This document shows positions 12,744 through 26,138 of a DNA stretch of 64,000 nt, piece by piece. Source of the DNA: Balanoglossus misakiensis (taxonomy: Eukaryota; Animalia; Hemichordata); assembly GCA_040954595.2 (NCBI GenBank), contig CM082591.2:1525745-1589744 (forward strand). The letters are read 5' to 3'. Every line of letters starts with the position of its first letter. Position 1 is the stretch's first letter. A program made the position numbers and the translations under genes. The notes beneath the pieces were generated by a model that had not been told where the DNA came from, made no database searches, and was given only the letters and a program-made list of their open reading frames with translations.

Positions 12744-15700
12744 ATGTCATCTCAACTGGTTCGGAGGCAATCGTTCGCCAGTGCCTATCTGGTGGACGAT
12801 GTCGACCCATCACCGAAAGACAGGGGTCTATCAGCAGCAGCAGAAAACAGATGGGTGTTCGAGTGTGCCTGGGAAGTCGCCAATAAAGGTAATCAAATTT
12901 TGACTTATAAGTTCCTAAATGTCTTGTGCACGTCGGCTTCAAACCGGTCGTATCCCATGTCTCTAAACTGGAGAATACTGCTGTTCAATTCACAAGTTCA
13001 TGATTTTAAAACTGTTTTAGACAATCTAAATGTAGTATAGAATTCATAGCGACATTGGCGATGCGAAATCACCCGGTAGCGACCACGCGATCGCTGCCCA
13101 TGTCGCAACGCACGATCTTCTTGCAAGAACCCCACGCACTGCACATATGTGAAATCACGCCGGTCAAACATGATTGAACCAAACTAAAGGGTGCTTTTTG
13201 ATGGCCTGTGACCTCGAGATCTACTCAACACGGCGCAAGGCGTGTGTTAACGAAATCGATGCATGTTAACCGTGTGGTTAAGATTCAACTTGAACTAAGG
13301 CACGCGCGTTGATGTTTGATCTGGTCTCGAGCATTATGATCTCATGATGTCTATTTCTAAAGTCAGTGAAACGTACAACCAGAAATCGGTCGATGACCGG
13401 CCAGCCCCGGGCCTGTCCGCTTTCTTTACCCTGGGCTGCACATTTGATCGTGTTTCTTCCTAAAATGGGAGCTCAAGAACAATCGAATCGTGTCCTCAGC
13501 CTGCCCTGACTGACCTAACCAATCTTGTAAATGTCGTGGATGCGTTAATTAGGTAGAATACAGTTATATGGAAAACAGCAGCACTGCAATTTACACTTTA
13601 TGTAAATTGGGAGCAATACAGTTATATGCAAATAATGAGGCATGGCTATTGGCTAATATCATCTGGGGTGGCACAATAACCAATTGGCTCTTGAGGTGTT
13701 AATTAGGTAGAATACAGTTATATGCAAATGATGAGGAATGGCTATGATCACCCTGGATGGCAAAACTGGCTGTTGAAATGTTTTGTATACATCAGGAAGA
13801 GTTACAGTATATTGATTTATACACTGTACATACGAATTTGGTGAATTTTACAGAATTTCAGAGACTTTAAGTTGGATAATGTTATATAAAAAATTAATAA
13901 GAAAAAGGGTCATTGGAAAAATGAGGCTAGCCATAAAAAAACAAACCAATAAAATGCTTGACATGTTCACATAAAACAGTTACTTTATACGACTTGGTAA
14001 ATATTTTTTCACAAACTTTATCTTGACTTTAGTGAGCCAGGGGTCACTTAGGTCATAGGTCAAGTGCATTGGCCAGAAGTATACTGTCATCATATTTGTT
14101 ACTAGTGTCACTGAAGGGTGACCTTGGGTATTGTAGTTTGTATAATGGAAAAAAATTGAGCTTTACATGTAATATTTGTGGATTTGAATGCATGTTGTAG
14201 CTATCATGTTCAGCTGTTGTTGTACATGTAAATATTTGCAGCAAATGTTTATTTTTAGATTATTATATAATACTTAGCGCCAATATGGCTCATGTAAATA
14301 AATATCTTATTCTTTATAACTACTGATATTAACAGACACAGTGCTAGTGAGGGTGTATGATTCCATTGGTGACATTGAAAGTATTGTTACTGTCGTCCAA
14401 AAAGAATTATAACTCAGTGAGGGTCATGACCGTGATGTCATGACCTGACCCATTTAGAGTTCAAGAAAAAATGAGAGCAACTGATAGACCTGTGCATTGT
14501 ATCTAGGCATGTCAATTGACCTAAAAACCTAGAAATTCAAAACATGGACAAAAACAGTAAATGCTGAATCTGTATATGTAGTGAAATTTTTAAAATTCTT
14601 TACTGCTAATACCAACCATGGCTATTGGTTTACAAAATTGTTATCTTTCAGGGAAGTCTTGCAGAAACAGAGTGATAATCCTCAAAGCTCAAAGCCATGT
14701 GCTTCTTTCTACTGTATATGAATGAATAGTCTCCACTCATTAATATTAATGACGGTGTACAAGGACTCAACTGAATTACAAATGTCTGTTTTTTGTCAGC
14801 CCCTTGAAAACAGAAGAAGCATGAGATAATGAAGTGAATCTTAGCCTTCCGTTGACTTAGCCGATCTCACCCAGTCCTAATTCTGCAGAGAAAATTTACA
14901 TACATTCTAATACGACAAAGGAGAAATATATATACAAAGATTCCCTTTTCTTGGTACAGTTGGTGGCATCTACACTGTGATTCGATCCAAAGCTGGAGAG
15001 ACTGTAGAAGAGTTGGGAGATCAATACTGTCTGTTGGGACCTTACAATGAAGCCTGTGTCAGGACTGAAGTGGAAATTATGGACGAACCGGACCAGCCTC
15101 TTCTCAAAAAAACAATCAAAAGTATGCGAAATAGAGGAATTAAGGTGTGTGTTTAAATGTACATCAAGTCATCTAACAGATGACAAATTATGGCAGGCTT
15201 TCTTTCTTGAAAATTCAAAATGTTTCTTGCACATCATGGTGCATTGTGACATCGTGTCATGTTTGAGAATAAAATGTAACAGTCATTATGATTCGTTGCA
15301 AGAGGAGAATCCTCCAATCATGGGCTTTGTTTCTTAAACGCACCCACTAGTTGTCTAGATGTATGTGTTGGCATGGCAATACTGGATGGATGCGACACCT
15401 CATTTGTATTCAAGACATGATGTAGAGTCTGTGTGCCATATTTATTCCGGAGTAAGCCTATTACATATATATCTCTCCTATGCTCTAGATCACCTTCGGA
15501 AGATGGCTGATTGATGGATATCCCAAGGTCATCCTCTTCGACATCGGATCAGCAGCCTGGATGTTGGATCAATGGAAGAATGAATTCTGGGATATCAGCA
15601 ACATCGGCATTCCGTGGCATGACCGAGAAGCCAACGATGCCATCATCTTGGGTTTTCTTGTCACATGGTTTTTGGGAGAGGTCAGTTTATTCACGTACAC

Positions 15701-18700
15701 TTACCTCTCTCATGGTTCTTATTCTTCTTCTTCTTGAATTTAAGGGGACAAGAGAAAGAAGAGGGGCAGAGAGAGAAGAAGAAGAAGAAGAAGGGGGAAG
15801 AGAGAAAGAGAGAGAGGGGAGAGTGACTGAGAGAGAAAGAGAGAATACAGTTTTTGGGATCCTTAACATCATCATTATGTTTGTATATTTTCAGTTTCGT
15901 GCTCAGTTTGAATCTTCCGAGAAACCACTCATCATCGCTCACTTTCACGAATGGTTGGCTGGCATCAGTATTGTCCTCTGCCGAACGAGACATCTTGACG
16001 TCTCCACGATATTCACGACCCACGCCACACTGCTTGGACGTTACTTGTGTGCTGGAAAAGTGGATTTCTATAACAGCCTTGATAAGGTAATAGTTTGTTT
16101 TTCGCTTTATTTTTGTGTTTGTCTCTTTCAAACTGAGAATGGTTCACACAAGGTCATTCAGACCATATCTTTGACCTGTAGCCTTCGAAGTTGTTCCTTG
16201 ACAATTGCCATTGGTTTTGTTTATTTATAATGAAAAGTGCTTAATACTTGTGCAATCAATTTTATTATTGCGTATTTAAGTGTGCGCTTTGGCAATTGCT
16301 TTGCGTGAACGCAGCCACACAGTTTACATTGCTGTATACTGCCCTCTTTAATTTGTGTGTGAATGCCTTTCTTTTTTCATTTCATGCACATTTCAATATT
16401 GGCGTTTTCTCTGTCACATGTACATGTACATACATTCCAAAGCGCCTTCTATAGTTATAAATTGATAAAGTCTTCAGTGCACATAATCATCTGCAATTCA
16501 ATCCTTTGCACATAATGTCACACACACACACATACACACACATAGACCTGTGAAATAGCTGCTCTGCTATGTGAGAAATACAAAATAAACTTTTTTATGT
16601 GTGTATGAAAGAGAATTTTTAAATCAAAATTTACATGATGTTGACCCTATAGAGTGGAAAAGAAAGTTTCCAACAAGGTGAACATTTTAACAGACATATA
16701 ATGTCATAAATGTCAATAAAGTACTGTTGCTTTGAATGTTGGGCTTCAAGCAATAACCATGTTATTTGTAAAAAAACTCCAGCAGTTCCTTCATTAAAAT
16801 ACATCATCATAGAGGTGATCAACATTTGCAGTACATATATGAAACAAAAACCTCCAATGCCTTGCTGAGCCATTATGGGTGCTTTGGCTATGTTGGAAAA
16901 ATTTATTCTGTTCAAAATGTTTGCGTAGTTTGTAGTTTTGACTGCATGCTGACAATTCCCCCCCCCCCCCCCCCCCCCCCCCGTCATTTTCTATTGGTAT
17001 GATCCAAATGCATGCTGATATCTCGTTTTCTCCACCCCTCCCCTCCCAACCCCATGCACCTCGCCCCCCATGAACTGTTTCATGCTTGGTATGACCTGAT
17101 GTCTTCTATTGGTAGGGTGACTTCGATGCAGACAAAGAGGCAAAGGTTAGTTTTAACACTGACTGAATTTTTGGAGTGTACACTGGTTGGCGTGGCGATG
17201 CCTGGCAGAGGCTGTCATGTGACAAGTGTAGTGTGTACCAGTATTAAAGAACACATCATAATCAATATTCGAGAATCTGGAGTATTGTTTATAGTTGCCC
17301 GGGGAACACAACAACATCAATATGACTCCATTTATTTGTCTGTTATTATCGATGTCAATTTGTTTTGCGGTATGATCAAATGCGGCGACCTGGCAGCCAT
17401 TTTGTTATAGGTTAAATCCAGAGCCATTACTAACATTAACAATTACATATGCCTAAACCAGTTTCAATCAAACTTGGTACAATGCTGATAATATCATCAA
17501 ATACACTGAGATAAACTATCAAATATAGTGGTCAGACAGCCATGTTTATGTCTGTCGTTCATCTGACCCCTGCGAATTGTTCCATGCTTGGTACATGTAT
17601 GACCCAATGTCTTTTATTGGTAGGGTGCTTTTGACGCAAAGAAAGAGACAAAGGTTAGTTTATTAACACAGACTGAATTTTACACTGGTTGGCGTGGCGA
17701 TGCCTGGCAGGGGCTGTCATGTGACAAGTGTTGTGTGTACCAATATGAAGGAACAGTTATCGTAATCAATATACAATATGCAATTCAAGTTTGCACACGA
17801 GAGGTTGCAGACAATCTAAACATAGCTGTTTACATAGCAGTCATCTTATTGTAATTGAGAATTTGTCCAAAAAATACAAGGTTGCCTACAAGAAGATTTT
17901 AGAGTGATAGCTACTTTTTGTTGGAATGTGACAATGAGGTGCCATGGGTTAGTTCAGAACTAGCCCTGTCAGAAATTCAGTTCGGATCTGTTCTGTACAG
18001 AAACCACTTCATTCAAACTCCATGGTTTCACAGAAATGATTGAATAAAACATATTTGAATAAAAGCAGTAAAAAAAGTTAAGGTAGTCTGACTCACAAGA
18101 AACATGAGAAATGATGTCTTTCTAGAAATGTTTTTGACCTATTTTCTTTTCCATATACTTGTTCCATGTTTCAGACCTCATATTCACCATATTTATCACA
18201 TCTGTTTTGTGGACACACTGACCAATGCACCATATCTCACTACATGTTTACAACAAAACTTTCCAATCTGTTTTAGTTTGAGTGTCATTGTAATCCCCTT
18301 TAGATTATGAATGCACAGTAGAATCTGTTCACTCCCAGTAACAATATTCCTTACTGATTCATAAAGTTATATGATTCCAGTGCTTGGTGGAGAATCAGTC
18401 ACTCCAGTGACAAAATCACATTTTCCGTCAGCCCCAGACCCATGTGATGTGAATACTGAGCTGTGATTTGCCAGAATAAGTCACATGGCTACTTTTGCAT
18501 GGTCACATGACCATTCACATTTTACCAGGTGACAACACTGTTTGAGCTACCAACTTATCACACACAGTATACATGTATCTCTATTATGTTGAGTGGAATA
18601 AAACTACTCTTCAAACTTTCAGTGCTGTACCATAATGTATGTGTCATTCAGTAACATAAAACTCGTGCCAAACTCTGTAACTAGAACATCATCTGATGAC

Positions 18701-21700
18701 TGTAAGCTCCATCAATGACAGCATGGTAATTAATATTCATTTTCTTTACATGTCACTCTCTGATTGGTTGGTTGGTTTGTTACGTCCTGTTGATGGCATC
18801 AGCGCAACACTGTAAGTATTTTGAACAGTTGATCACAGATCTAATAATCAGAGGTTGTGTTTACACATAAATCTTGCATATTTTACCAGGACACCTTATT
18901 TATCTGACTTGCGTCCATGAGACGCAGCATTGCAGTGCACTCAAAATGTATGTCTATGGTATTAGACTCAGGAGAGTAACGTGATACGACATAGCCTATG
19001 TAAAGCTGGCTAAAAGTTCATGAAAGTTTTCAGATGTTAGGAAAATGCAATCGGATGAAAAAAATAATATTTGACATAGAATGATGACTTGTTTTCTGTC
19101 TCTGCAGTTTGATGTTGACAAGGAAGCGGGCGAGAGAGGAATCTATCATCGTTATTGCATTGAGAGAGCAGCAGCTAATTGCGCTAGTACATTCACTACT
19201 GTGTCTGAAATCACAGCATTTGAATGCGAACATCTGTTGAGGAGAAAGCCAGGTAAGGGCAGAAACTTTATGATGGGGGGGGGGATTTTGACTAGGCCTC
19301 CCCCAGAATAAAATATCACATGCAGATTAATATACATAGAATAAGTCTTGACGCTGTCTTCATTTCTCTCCCATATTTTTCATTTCAGACATGATTCTGC
19401 CGAACGGCCTCAATGTGACCAAATTCCAAGCAATTCATGAGTTTCAGAATCTCCACGCCAAAGCTAAGGAGAAGATCAATGATTTCATACGGGGACATTT
19501 CTATGGGTGAGTAGCCTAACATTTTACAGTCAAACCTGTGTTAGTGGACACCTCTGTATAGTGGCCACTTTGTTACAGTCCCTGTACAATTTACATTTTT
19601 TTCTACTTCATTGCAGACACTATGACTTCGATCTGGACAAGACTCTTTATTTCTTCATCGCTGGTCGCTATGAATTCTCGAACAAAGGTGCCGATCTTTT
19701 CATTGAATCATTGGCCAGACTTAATCATTACTTGAAGGTGAGTGGACATGTCAGACAGAGTTGGTCTAAGATGCAAAAGTTTCTTCACATTGTAAGAACA
19801 TACATTTATTTCACAATACTGTTTCCATATTTCCTGAAAATGGCAGAAAATTGTAACGTAAATTATCTAGCACTAATAAAATATTTTTGTTTGTGATTCC
19901 TAGTCGTCCAATTCTGAAAAGACAGTCGTAGCCTTCCTCATATTTCCGGCCCGAACCAACAGCTTCAATGTAGACTCACTCAAAGGACAGGCTGTATCCA
20001 AACAATTGAAAGAAACCGTGGCAGACATCCAGAAGAAAGTTGGCAGTCGTATGTTTGAATCAGCATTGGCGTAAGTTTGTAATTTAAGTCATAGAATGAA
20101 CTTTGACATCTCCTGTATTCTTGAGGTTAGGGGCTTTTTCTTAATTTATATTATTTGGTCTTACAGTGGTAAACTTCCCGACAGCAAGGAGTTATTGACG
20201 TCTGAAGATATCGTCAAGTTGAAGAGGTGTATATATGCAACTCAGGTGAGTTGAACTTCCGGAACTTTTTCCGGATTTGACACCCTGGGTTTGAGGTGAA
20301 AATTGAAACACAGATAGTCTCACTTGAAAGGGTTCATGTTTAGCTGTTGAAAGGTGAAAATACAGTAAGCTATCTCAGATAGGTCTTGGGTTAGCCCAGT
20401 GGTAACCTGTGTAAAATGGCTTTTGAGCCGTATAGTGTGGATCAGGTAGTGGGATCCCTGCCTTGATGGTTTGGCGAACAGATGATCATTAACAAAATGG
20501 TTTACGATCGCGATTGGTGCCTGCATGTTGAAAATGAAGGTGTTGTTTTCATTTGTGCATGTCAAGTTTTAGTGTTTGTTTCAGCATCTCAGAGTCAGTT
20601 CCAGTTCTTGTTCTGCCACAGTCCAAATGTGTCAGTTTTGTTTGTGTTTTGTCTGCTTTTCAACAATTCAACAAACCATGCATGAGTATGTCTGCATATA
20701 AAATATACCAATCACTAAAAGCATCTATATGTGTGGACGGAACCCTGTAAAAATCAGACTTTGTCCAGAGGTACTGGGTGTCCCTATCTGCCAGGCTGTG
20801 TTCATCCAACGATAATTAGATAACCTCGTTCCCCCCTGCCAGCCCAATCCTACACCCTCCTTTTTCCTACATATGGTCTAGCCACACCAGTGACAATAAT
20901 GAGGTTCAACTAAGTTGTGGTATTTGAAGGGGTGAAAGCGTGTTTCATGGAACAGGACGATGATGATTTAACACCTACAATGCATGCTGCTGAAACAAGG
21001 CCATAAAGTCGAGCTCCAAAGCAAAATGTATTAAAACCGTGTGTCAATTTGTGTTCATTTCAGTCCGCTGCGATTGGTCAACGTAATTTCTACCAGGTAC
21101 TGTATTCAAATCTGGTCAAGTCTAGTCACTTGTCAATTGTAACATTTCAAAATAACCATGTCCTGTTGGCCCAATCAGCATACATGACCTGACCAGCCTA
21201 TCACATGACCATAAATGTGAATTTGCATCCCACACAATAACAGCAGTCTGACTCTGCGACTTTGTATCCATTTTCAGTGTATAAATTTTAAAGCAGTCAT
21301 TTGCATATTTAACGTTGCTTGATGATTCTGAGCTGAAAATTGATTCACACAAGGCCTCAAATTCAGCCTCAGTTAGAGCTGGGTATGCAACTTCAATCAG
21401 GAAATTTCCAATAAAACAGTTAACAAGTGACTATTGTCTGGTCTGTATCTGTTGCCATGGTGTATCTGGTGTACAATTGTTGAATGTTACACTTTTTTTG
21501 TTTCAATTGTATCTTGTCTTGCAGAAACCTAACCTCCCACCCATCTGTACTCACAATGTAGTCGACGACGCCCATGATCCAGTCCTGAACCATATCCGGA
21601 GAGTTCAACTCTTCAACAATAGACATGACAGAGTGAAGGTAAGATGGGGTGGATTTTCTGCCTCAGTGTCAGCTATTTTAGTATCACTGCAAAAATCAGA

Positions 21701-23309
21701 ATTGGCATTTTCACGGAAAGTCAAGTTACTTATTATCCGGCATTTTGTTGTTTACAGGTTGTTTTCCATCCGGAATTCTTGTCCTCCACCAATCCACTCT
21801 TTGCCTGTGATTACGAAGAGTTTGTCAGAGGGTGTCATCTCGGAGTCTTCCCATCTTACTATGAACCCTGGGGATATACACCAGGTATGTTACAAGGGGT
21901 GGCAAATACGGTCATAATGAGGGAGATAGAAGTGTGGACACATTGGGTGACAGCAGATACCATACTAGATATGACATACATGTACCATACTGGATAGGGT
22001 ATCAGATACATGTTGTACCAGACCAGATAGGGCAACATATTATACTGTTGCCCTCATTTTCAGTCATCATGTGTATAATAGAAAGGGTGACAGATACCAT
22101 GCCAGATTGGGTGTTGTTAACACAGTACATGTACATTATATGATGTTGTATGTGATTTGAGTTGCGTTGTATATTTTTCCGTCCCCAGCGGAGTGCACTG
22201 TGATGGGTATCCCAAGTGTGACCACCAATCTATCCGGCTTTGGTTGTTTCATTTCACAACACGTGGCTGATCCCACATCCTATGGTATCTACATCGTTGA
22301 CAGACGATACAAATCTCTGGAGGAATCTGTGCAACAGCTTGCCCAGGTGAATGACCCGAGCTTGTTTTACCATGGAGCAATTTCCAGGTTTTCATGAATG
22401 TCTGTGTGTTCGTTTGTGTGTAGCCAGACATTGCAATTCGGGGGATACTTTGGATCAGGCAGTTTTGGTCATATAGTGAAGCCATAAAAATTTGCTTTGT
22501 GAAGAGTTTGGTATTAGAAAGGTGGAGTGATAGAGAGCAGGAATATTGTTGAAAGTTATTTTAGTGATTGTATTTGACTCCAGTTTGATTGTAACCTTGG
22601 GCAGTTGCTTCATTCGTCTTTTATATTTTGTCTGCAGTACATGTTTGACTTTGCACGTCTGACACGAAGACAGCGTATCATTCAGAGAAATCGAACTGAG
22701 CGGCTGAGTGATCTTCTAGATTGGAAGAGTCTTGGACTGGTAAGTTGAAAATCAACAATGAGTTGGTGTAAAACTCAGAATTCAAATGTACCATCGCACG
22801 AAAAAAAATCATGTGAAAATCGGTCACAGAAATACATGTATTCTTATGGACGCACTAACCCATGTCAAACTGTGAAAATCCCACATTCCCACTGTGTGAT
22901 GAAAATACAAAACCACCTTAAACAATGAATGGTGAATGTACAAGTAATGTTGTTATTTCTCTTTCAAGTACTACCGTAAAGCCCGTCAGATGTCACTACA
23001 GAAAACTCATCCACACCTCATCGAGAACAGACAAGACAATCCATCCACTGTAAGTATTCAACCGGCTGTTATCACTTGAACTGTTATTTGTATACTGAAA
23101 TTTCAGCACTTGAACTTTGGTAAATACAGACAGCATGACAGAACCGCTGAACGAAAAATGAATAATTTGATTTTTGATGATTTCAGATGTTCATGATGCC
23201 CCGGCCAGCATCAGTACCGGCTTCACCTACAAGTTCCCGTTCATCAACTCCTCCACCATCAAATCATGAAGACGAAGACTCAGACTCAGATCATGAGAGA
23301 AAAGAATAA
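12744..23309 (+). CDS. GYS: Glycogen synthase (GT3 family), 682 aa, 15 exons
   Basis: Exons 12744-12888, 14960-15144, 15489-15680, 15895-16086, 19108-19252, 19389-19506, 19617-19737, 19904-20070, 20167-20245, 21525-21638, 21758-21884, 22189-22346, 22638-22739, 22969-23049, 23187-23309; all GT-AG, phases consistent. Motifs: [57 protein letters not shown] and the C-terminal phospho-cluster [17 protein letters not shown]. Confidence 0.97.
15749..15845 (+). repeat. Purine-rich (GA)n/(GAA)n simple repeat in GYS intron 3
   Basis: Directly visible; accounts for the spurious E/R-rich ORF segment. Confidence 0.9.
16958..16982 (+). repeat. Poly-C tract (C25) in GYS intron 4
   Basis: Homopolymer about 130 nt upstream of the first candidate microexon. 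Confidence 0.9.
17116..17145 (+). CDS. Candidate GYS cassette microexon A ([10 protein letters not shown])
   Basis: tag|30 nt|gttagt, phase 0-0 in a phase-0 intron; the peptide resembles the next exon start FDVDKEAG. Confidence 0.55.
17624..17653 (+). CDS. Candidate GYS cassette microexon B ([10 protein letters not shown])
   Basis: Duplicate of A with AG and GTTAGT intact, same length, open frame. Confidence 0.5.
18803..18811 (+). CDS. Candidate GYS 9-nt microexon (RNT)
   Basis: cag|CGCAACACT|gtaagt after an ~80-nt AG-free, T-rich zone; phase 0-0. Confidence 0.45.
21064..21096 (+). CDS. Candidate GYS 33-nt cassette exon ([11 protein letters not shown]) in intron 9
   Basis: tgtgttcatttcag|33 nt open|gtactg; phase 0-0; four TGCATG motifs upstream in the same intron. 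Confidence 0.45.
21945..22113 (+). repeat. Degenerate short tandem repeat (gggtgacag..ataccat..cagat) in GYS intron 11
   Basis: Four to five imperfect copies of cagatac/taccat/gataggg motifs. Confidence 0.5.
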
Positions 23310-26138
23310 AAGAAGACAACAAAACTAAAAGCAAAACAACACTTGTTGAGTCAAAATAGAAAGAGAAAGAACTTGGCTGTAGATTTGGTAATTTGTATAA
23401 ATTGTAGTTATGGTACCATATTATATATAGATGAATCTGCGTTTGGCAAAGGTGTGCTTTGCAGGCGTTTTGACCTCTGAACTCTGACTGTCAAGGAAGT
23501 GAATCCACTTTCTGATCAGTCGAAAACACATTCAGATATGATCAACTGCTTCTGTGCATGCAATCAGTGGTTTGCTCGTTTCAGCTGTATGGGGTGGAAA
23601 ATTACTAGGCTGTTAACTTGCATTGGCTTGACTTGTACCGGTGTTTTAACTGAAATTTTTAAACCAATTTAGTAAGTTATTGTCCTCGGGGCAGGAGTTA
23701 TGACAGTGTATGAACATTTGCAGAGTTCAAAGGTCACATTTGATTTGCATACTGTGTGAGAGATTCCAGAGAGATTATGCTGATTTTTAATTTGCATATT
23801 TTGATTAGAGTACTGTAGTCCCCAGTAGTTCTTGTATTAACCATACCAAGTCTGTTTGCAGACCCTTTATGTGCTTACCTTCTTTGTGCCCACTTTGTGC
23901 AAAGTATTCTCCCACCATTTTACCTAGGTATGCAAATATGCTTAAACTTGATTATTTGACTGGTATATAGAGTTGAAACATTGACGTTTTTGCCGAATTT
24001 TGATGAGAATTTAGGTTCTTTCGTATGCCATGTTGCAGACCAGCAAGACAATTTAATGCATTTGCAATCATTTCTTTGTTCCTTTCATTCAATATGGCAT
24101 AAGAAACTACAACATTTGTGAGTTCATACATATGCATTGTTAATATGGACAATGGGAGCAACAGTGTCTGTGACACTATTTTCCACCTTGTGTTTATTAG
24201 GCATAATTCTTCGCATTTATTTTGATATGTAACTGCATACTACTACCTCCAGTTGCTGACGGATAGTATCTATGGTATAAACCTTGTTTTCATTTTTGTA
24301 GCATGGCAAAGAGATTATTTTATAAATGCACTTAGCTAATTTTACGGATTGTTTTTCTTTGAGTCAAATTGTCGTGTTTTATTGCTTCAAGTTAAGTTAG
24401 CGAGAGCTCTGATTTTGGGACCAGCAGAAATATTTTGAATCAATGTGTGTGGTGCTAATAAGGATAGTCGTATTAGTAACGATTATCTGCATATGTAACA
24501 AAAAGAATGTGTCTTTTGTGAATGTCGTGATTTTGCCATGTGTGTCTTTGTAAACTAGAAAATAATAACTTGACAACTATACACCATGTTCTTTGTTTCT
24601 CAACTTCATATTTTTTTCACTGGTTTCTCAAAATGTGTGCAACTTGCAATTTCAGGACATCATTTTGAATATGCATGACTGTTTTACATAATATCTGAAT
24701 ATGCACGAACAATTAACTTGACATGTGAGATTGAAATTTAATATATAAACCTATTTGCTTTATGATTCTTGCCAAAACATTTGTATAATCATGGCTGATG
24801 TATGAGAAATGTAAATGAACTCTTTGATATTGATATGGTGTTGTGGGGTGTCGTATGTTTGCGAATAGCACAGTTTTGTTAAACCGGTAACTAATATAGA
24901 GGGCTGCTATTATTAGGACTTCAACATTACTACACCATAGCTAACTTCGAAAAATTTGGGCCGTCTCTGTATCACATTGTGTTGAGGTCGCTGTTTGCTT
25001 GAGGACGCTCTCCTGACAAAATGCAACTGTCCTTGTGGCATGCTCTGTAATACTAATATCTTAGAAACGAAATATAAGCATGCATTGATGAATGCCAAGG
25101 TGTTTATGTGAATACAGGACAAACTTTGTCTTCACCATCAGCTCAGTATTTTTATGCGGTTTCCTTTTTATTTTACAGAGTACAGATTGTTTGCACTTGT
25201 GTGACTAATGTTGTAAATTAACAATGTGTGAATTAAAATGGAGATTTCTGTCAAAATGTTTCCAGTCTTGGTCAATGGTGTGTTTTCTTGTAATGGTGGG
25301 AGGGGGGCCCATATTTGCAACACCTAGGGTTTTGCTTGTATATGACCTAGGCCTCGAAGTCTGAGTCGAACTGAGATGAAATGTAGGAAGGGTAACAGGC
25401 AACCAATGATGCAGTTTCAGATTCCTTACAAACCATACTACAGAAAAAAACGAGGAAACATGAGATGAGTGTATATACCACAGTGTCCTTCCTTTATTAA
25501 GTGCAACTGCCAACTTTCGCAATGCCCAAAACTTTGTGTGGTAGTGCTACAAACAGAAGCCTAAGAAGAAGAAAAAAATTTCAACTACCGGTACCAACAT
25601 TTGCAGTGACTTTAAACCTATAAGTTGTTGACCCTGGTTATGTATGTATACTATCTTACTCCAATATGAACATAAAAAAGGTTTCCAAAAATCAAATTAC
25701 AAATAGGTAAATGCCTGATGTATAGTGTGACGAGAGAGGTCCAAACACTGGGCAAGTTATTTATTCATTCAAGCAGATACTTTTGTCAAGTTAGAAAGTT
25801 TTGTAAAAAGCACCAATAACAAAGCCAAGATTTAAATCACTTTGCTCTTTTGCTCTTCTAGATTATTCCAAAATTAGACCATTATAGGGGTGAAAGGATC
25901 ATAAACCATGAGAAACCAATCTTACACAAGTAACCTTACATAATTTATTATATATAAAACTGTCTGACTCAAAGCATGCATGATTAAATAATAACCATTT
26001 CGTTCTATTCGCATTTGCGATATTCCATGTGCATGCATGGAAACCATCGGACCATATCATTCTCAAGCTGTAGGAGTGACCAGGTTAGTATGCAAATCTT
26101 TCTGCCTGTGCCATTCTAAACTATGGTGGTGCCATGGT

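Larger units (their letters stand above)
17070..17772 (+). repeat. Two diverged ~200-bp direct repeats (about 17070-17268 and 17573-17772) in GYS intron 4, each with a candidate 30-nt exon
   Basis: Shared blocks include catgcttggta, tattggtagggtg, caaaggttagttt and tacactggttggcgtggcgatgcctggcag.ggctgtcatgtgacaagtgt. Confidence 0.9.

Noticed and set aside
13544-13745. Repeated gttaattaggtagaatacagttatatg units resembling a spaced array
   Set aside because: Two to three degenerate copies in a eukaryotic intron; a local duplication, not CRISPR, and no cas genes.
15511-16230. 239-aa ORF with an E/R-rich insert
   Set aside because: Artefact of reading through GYS exon 3 out of frame, the GA-repeat intron and exon 4.
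16653-16677. Exon-like tag|...|gtgaac segment in GYS intron 4
   Set aside because: 25 nt long, frameshifting, with a poor pyrimidine tract.
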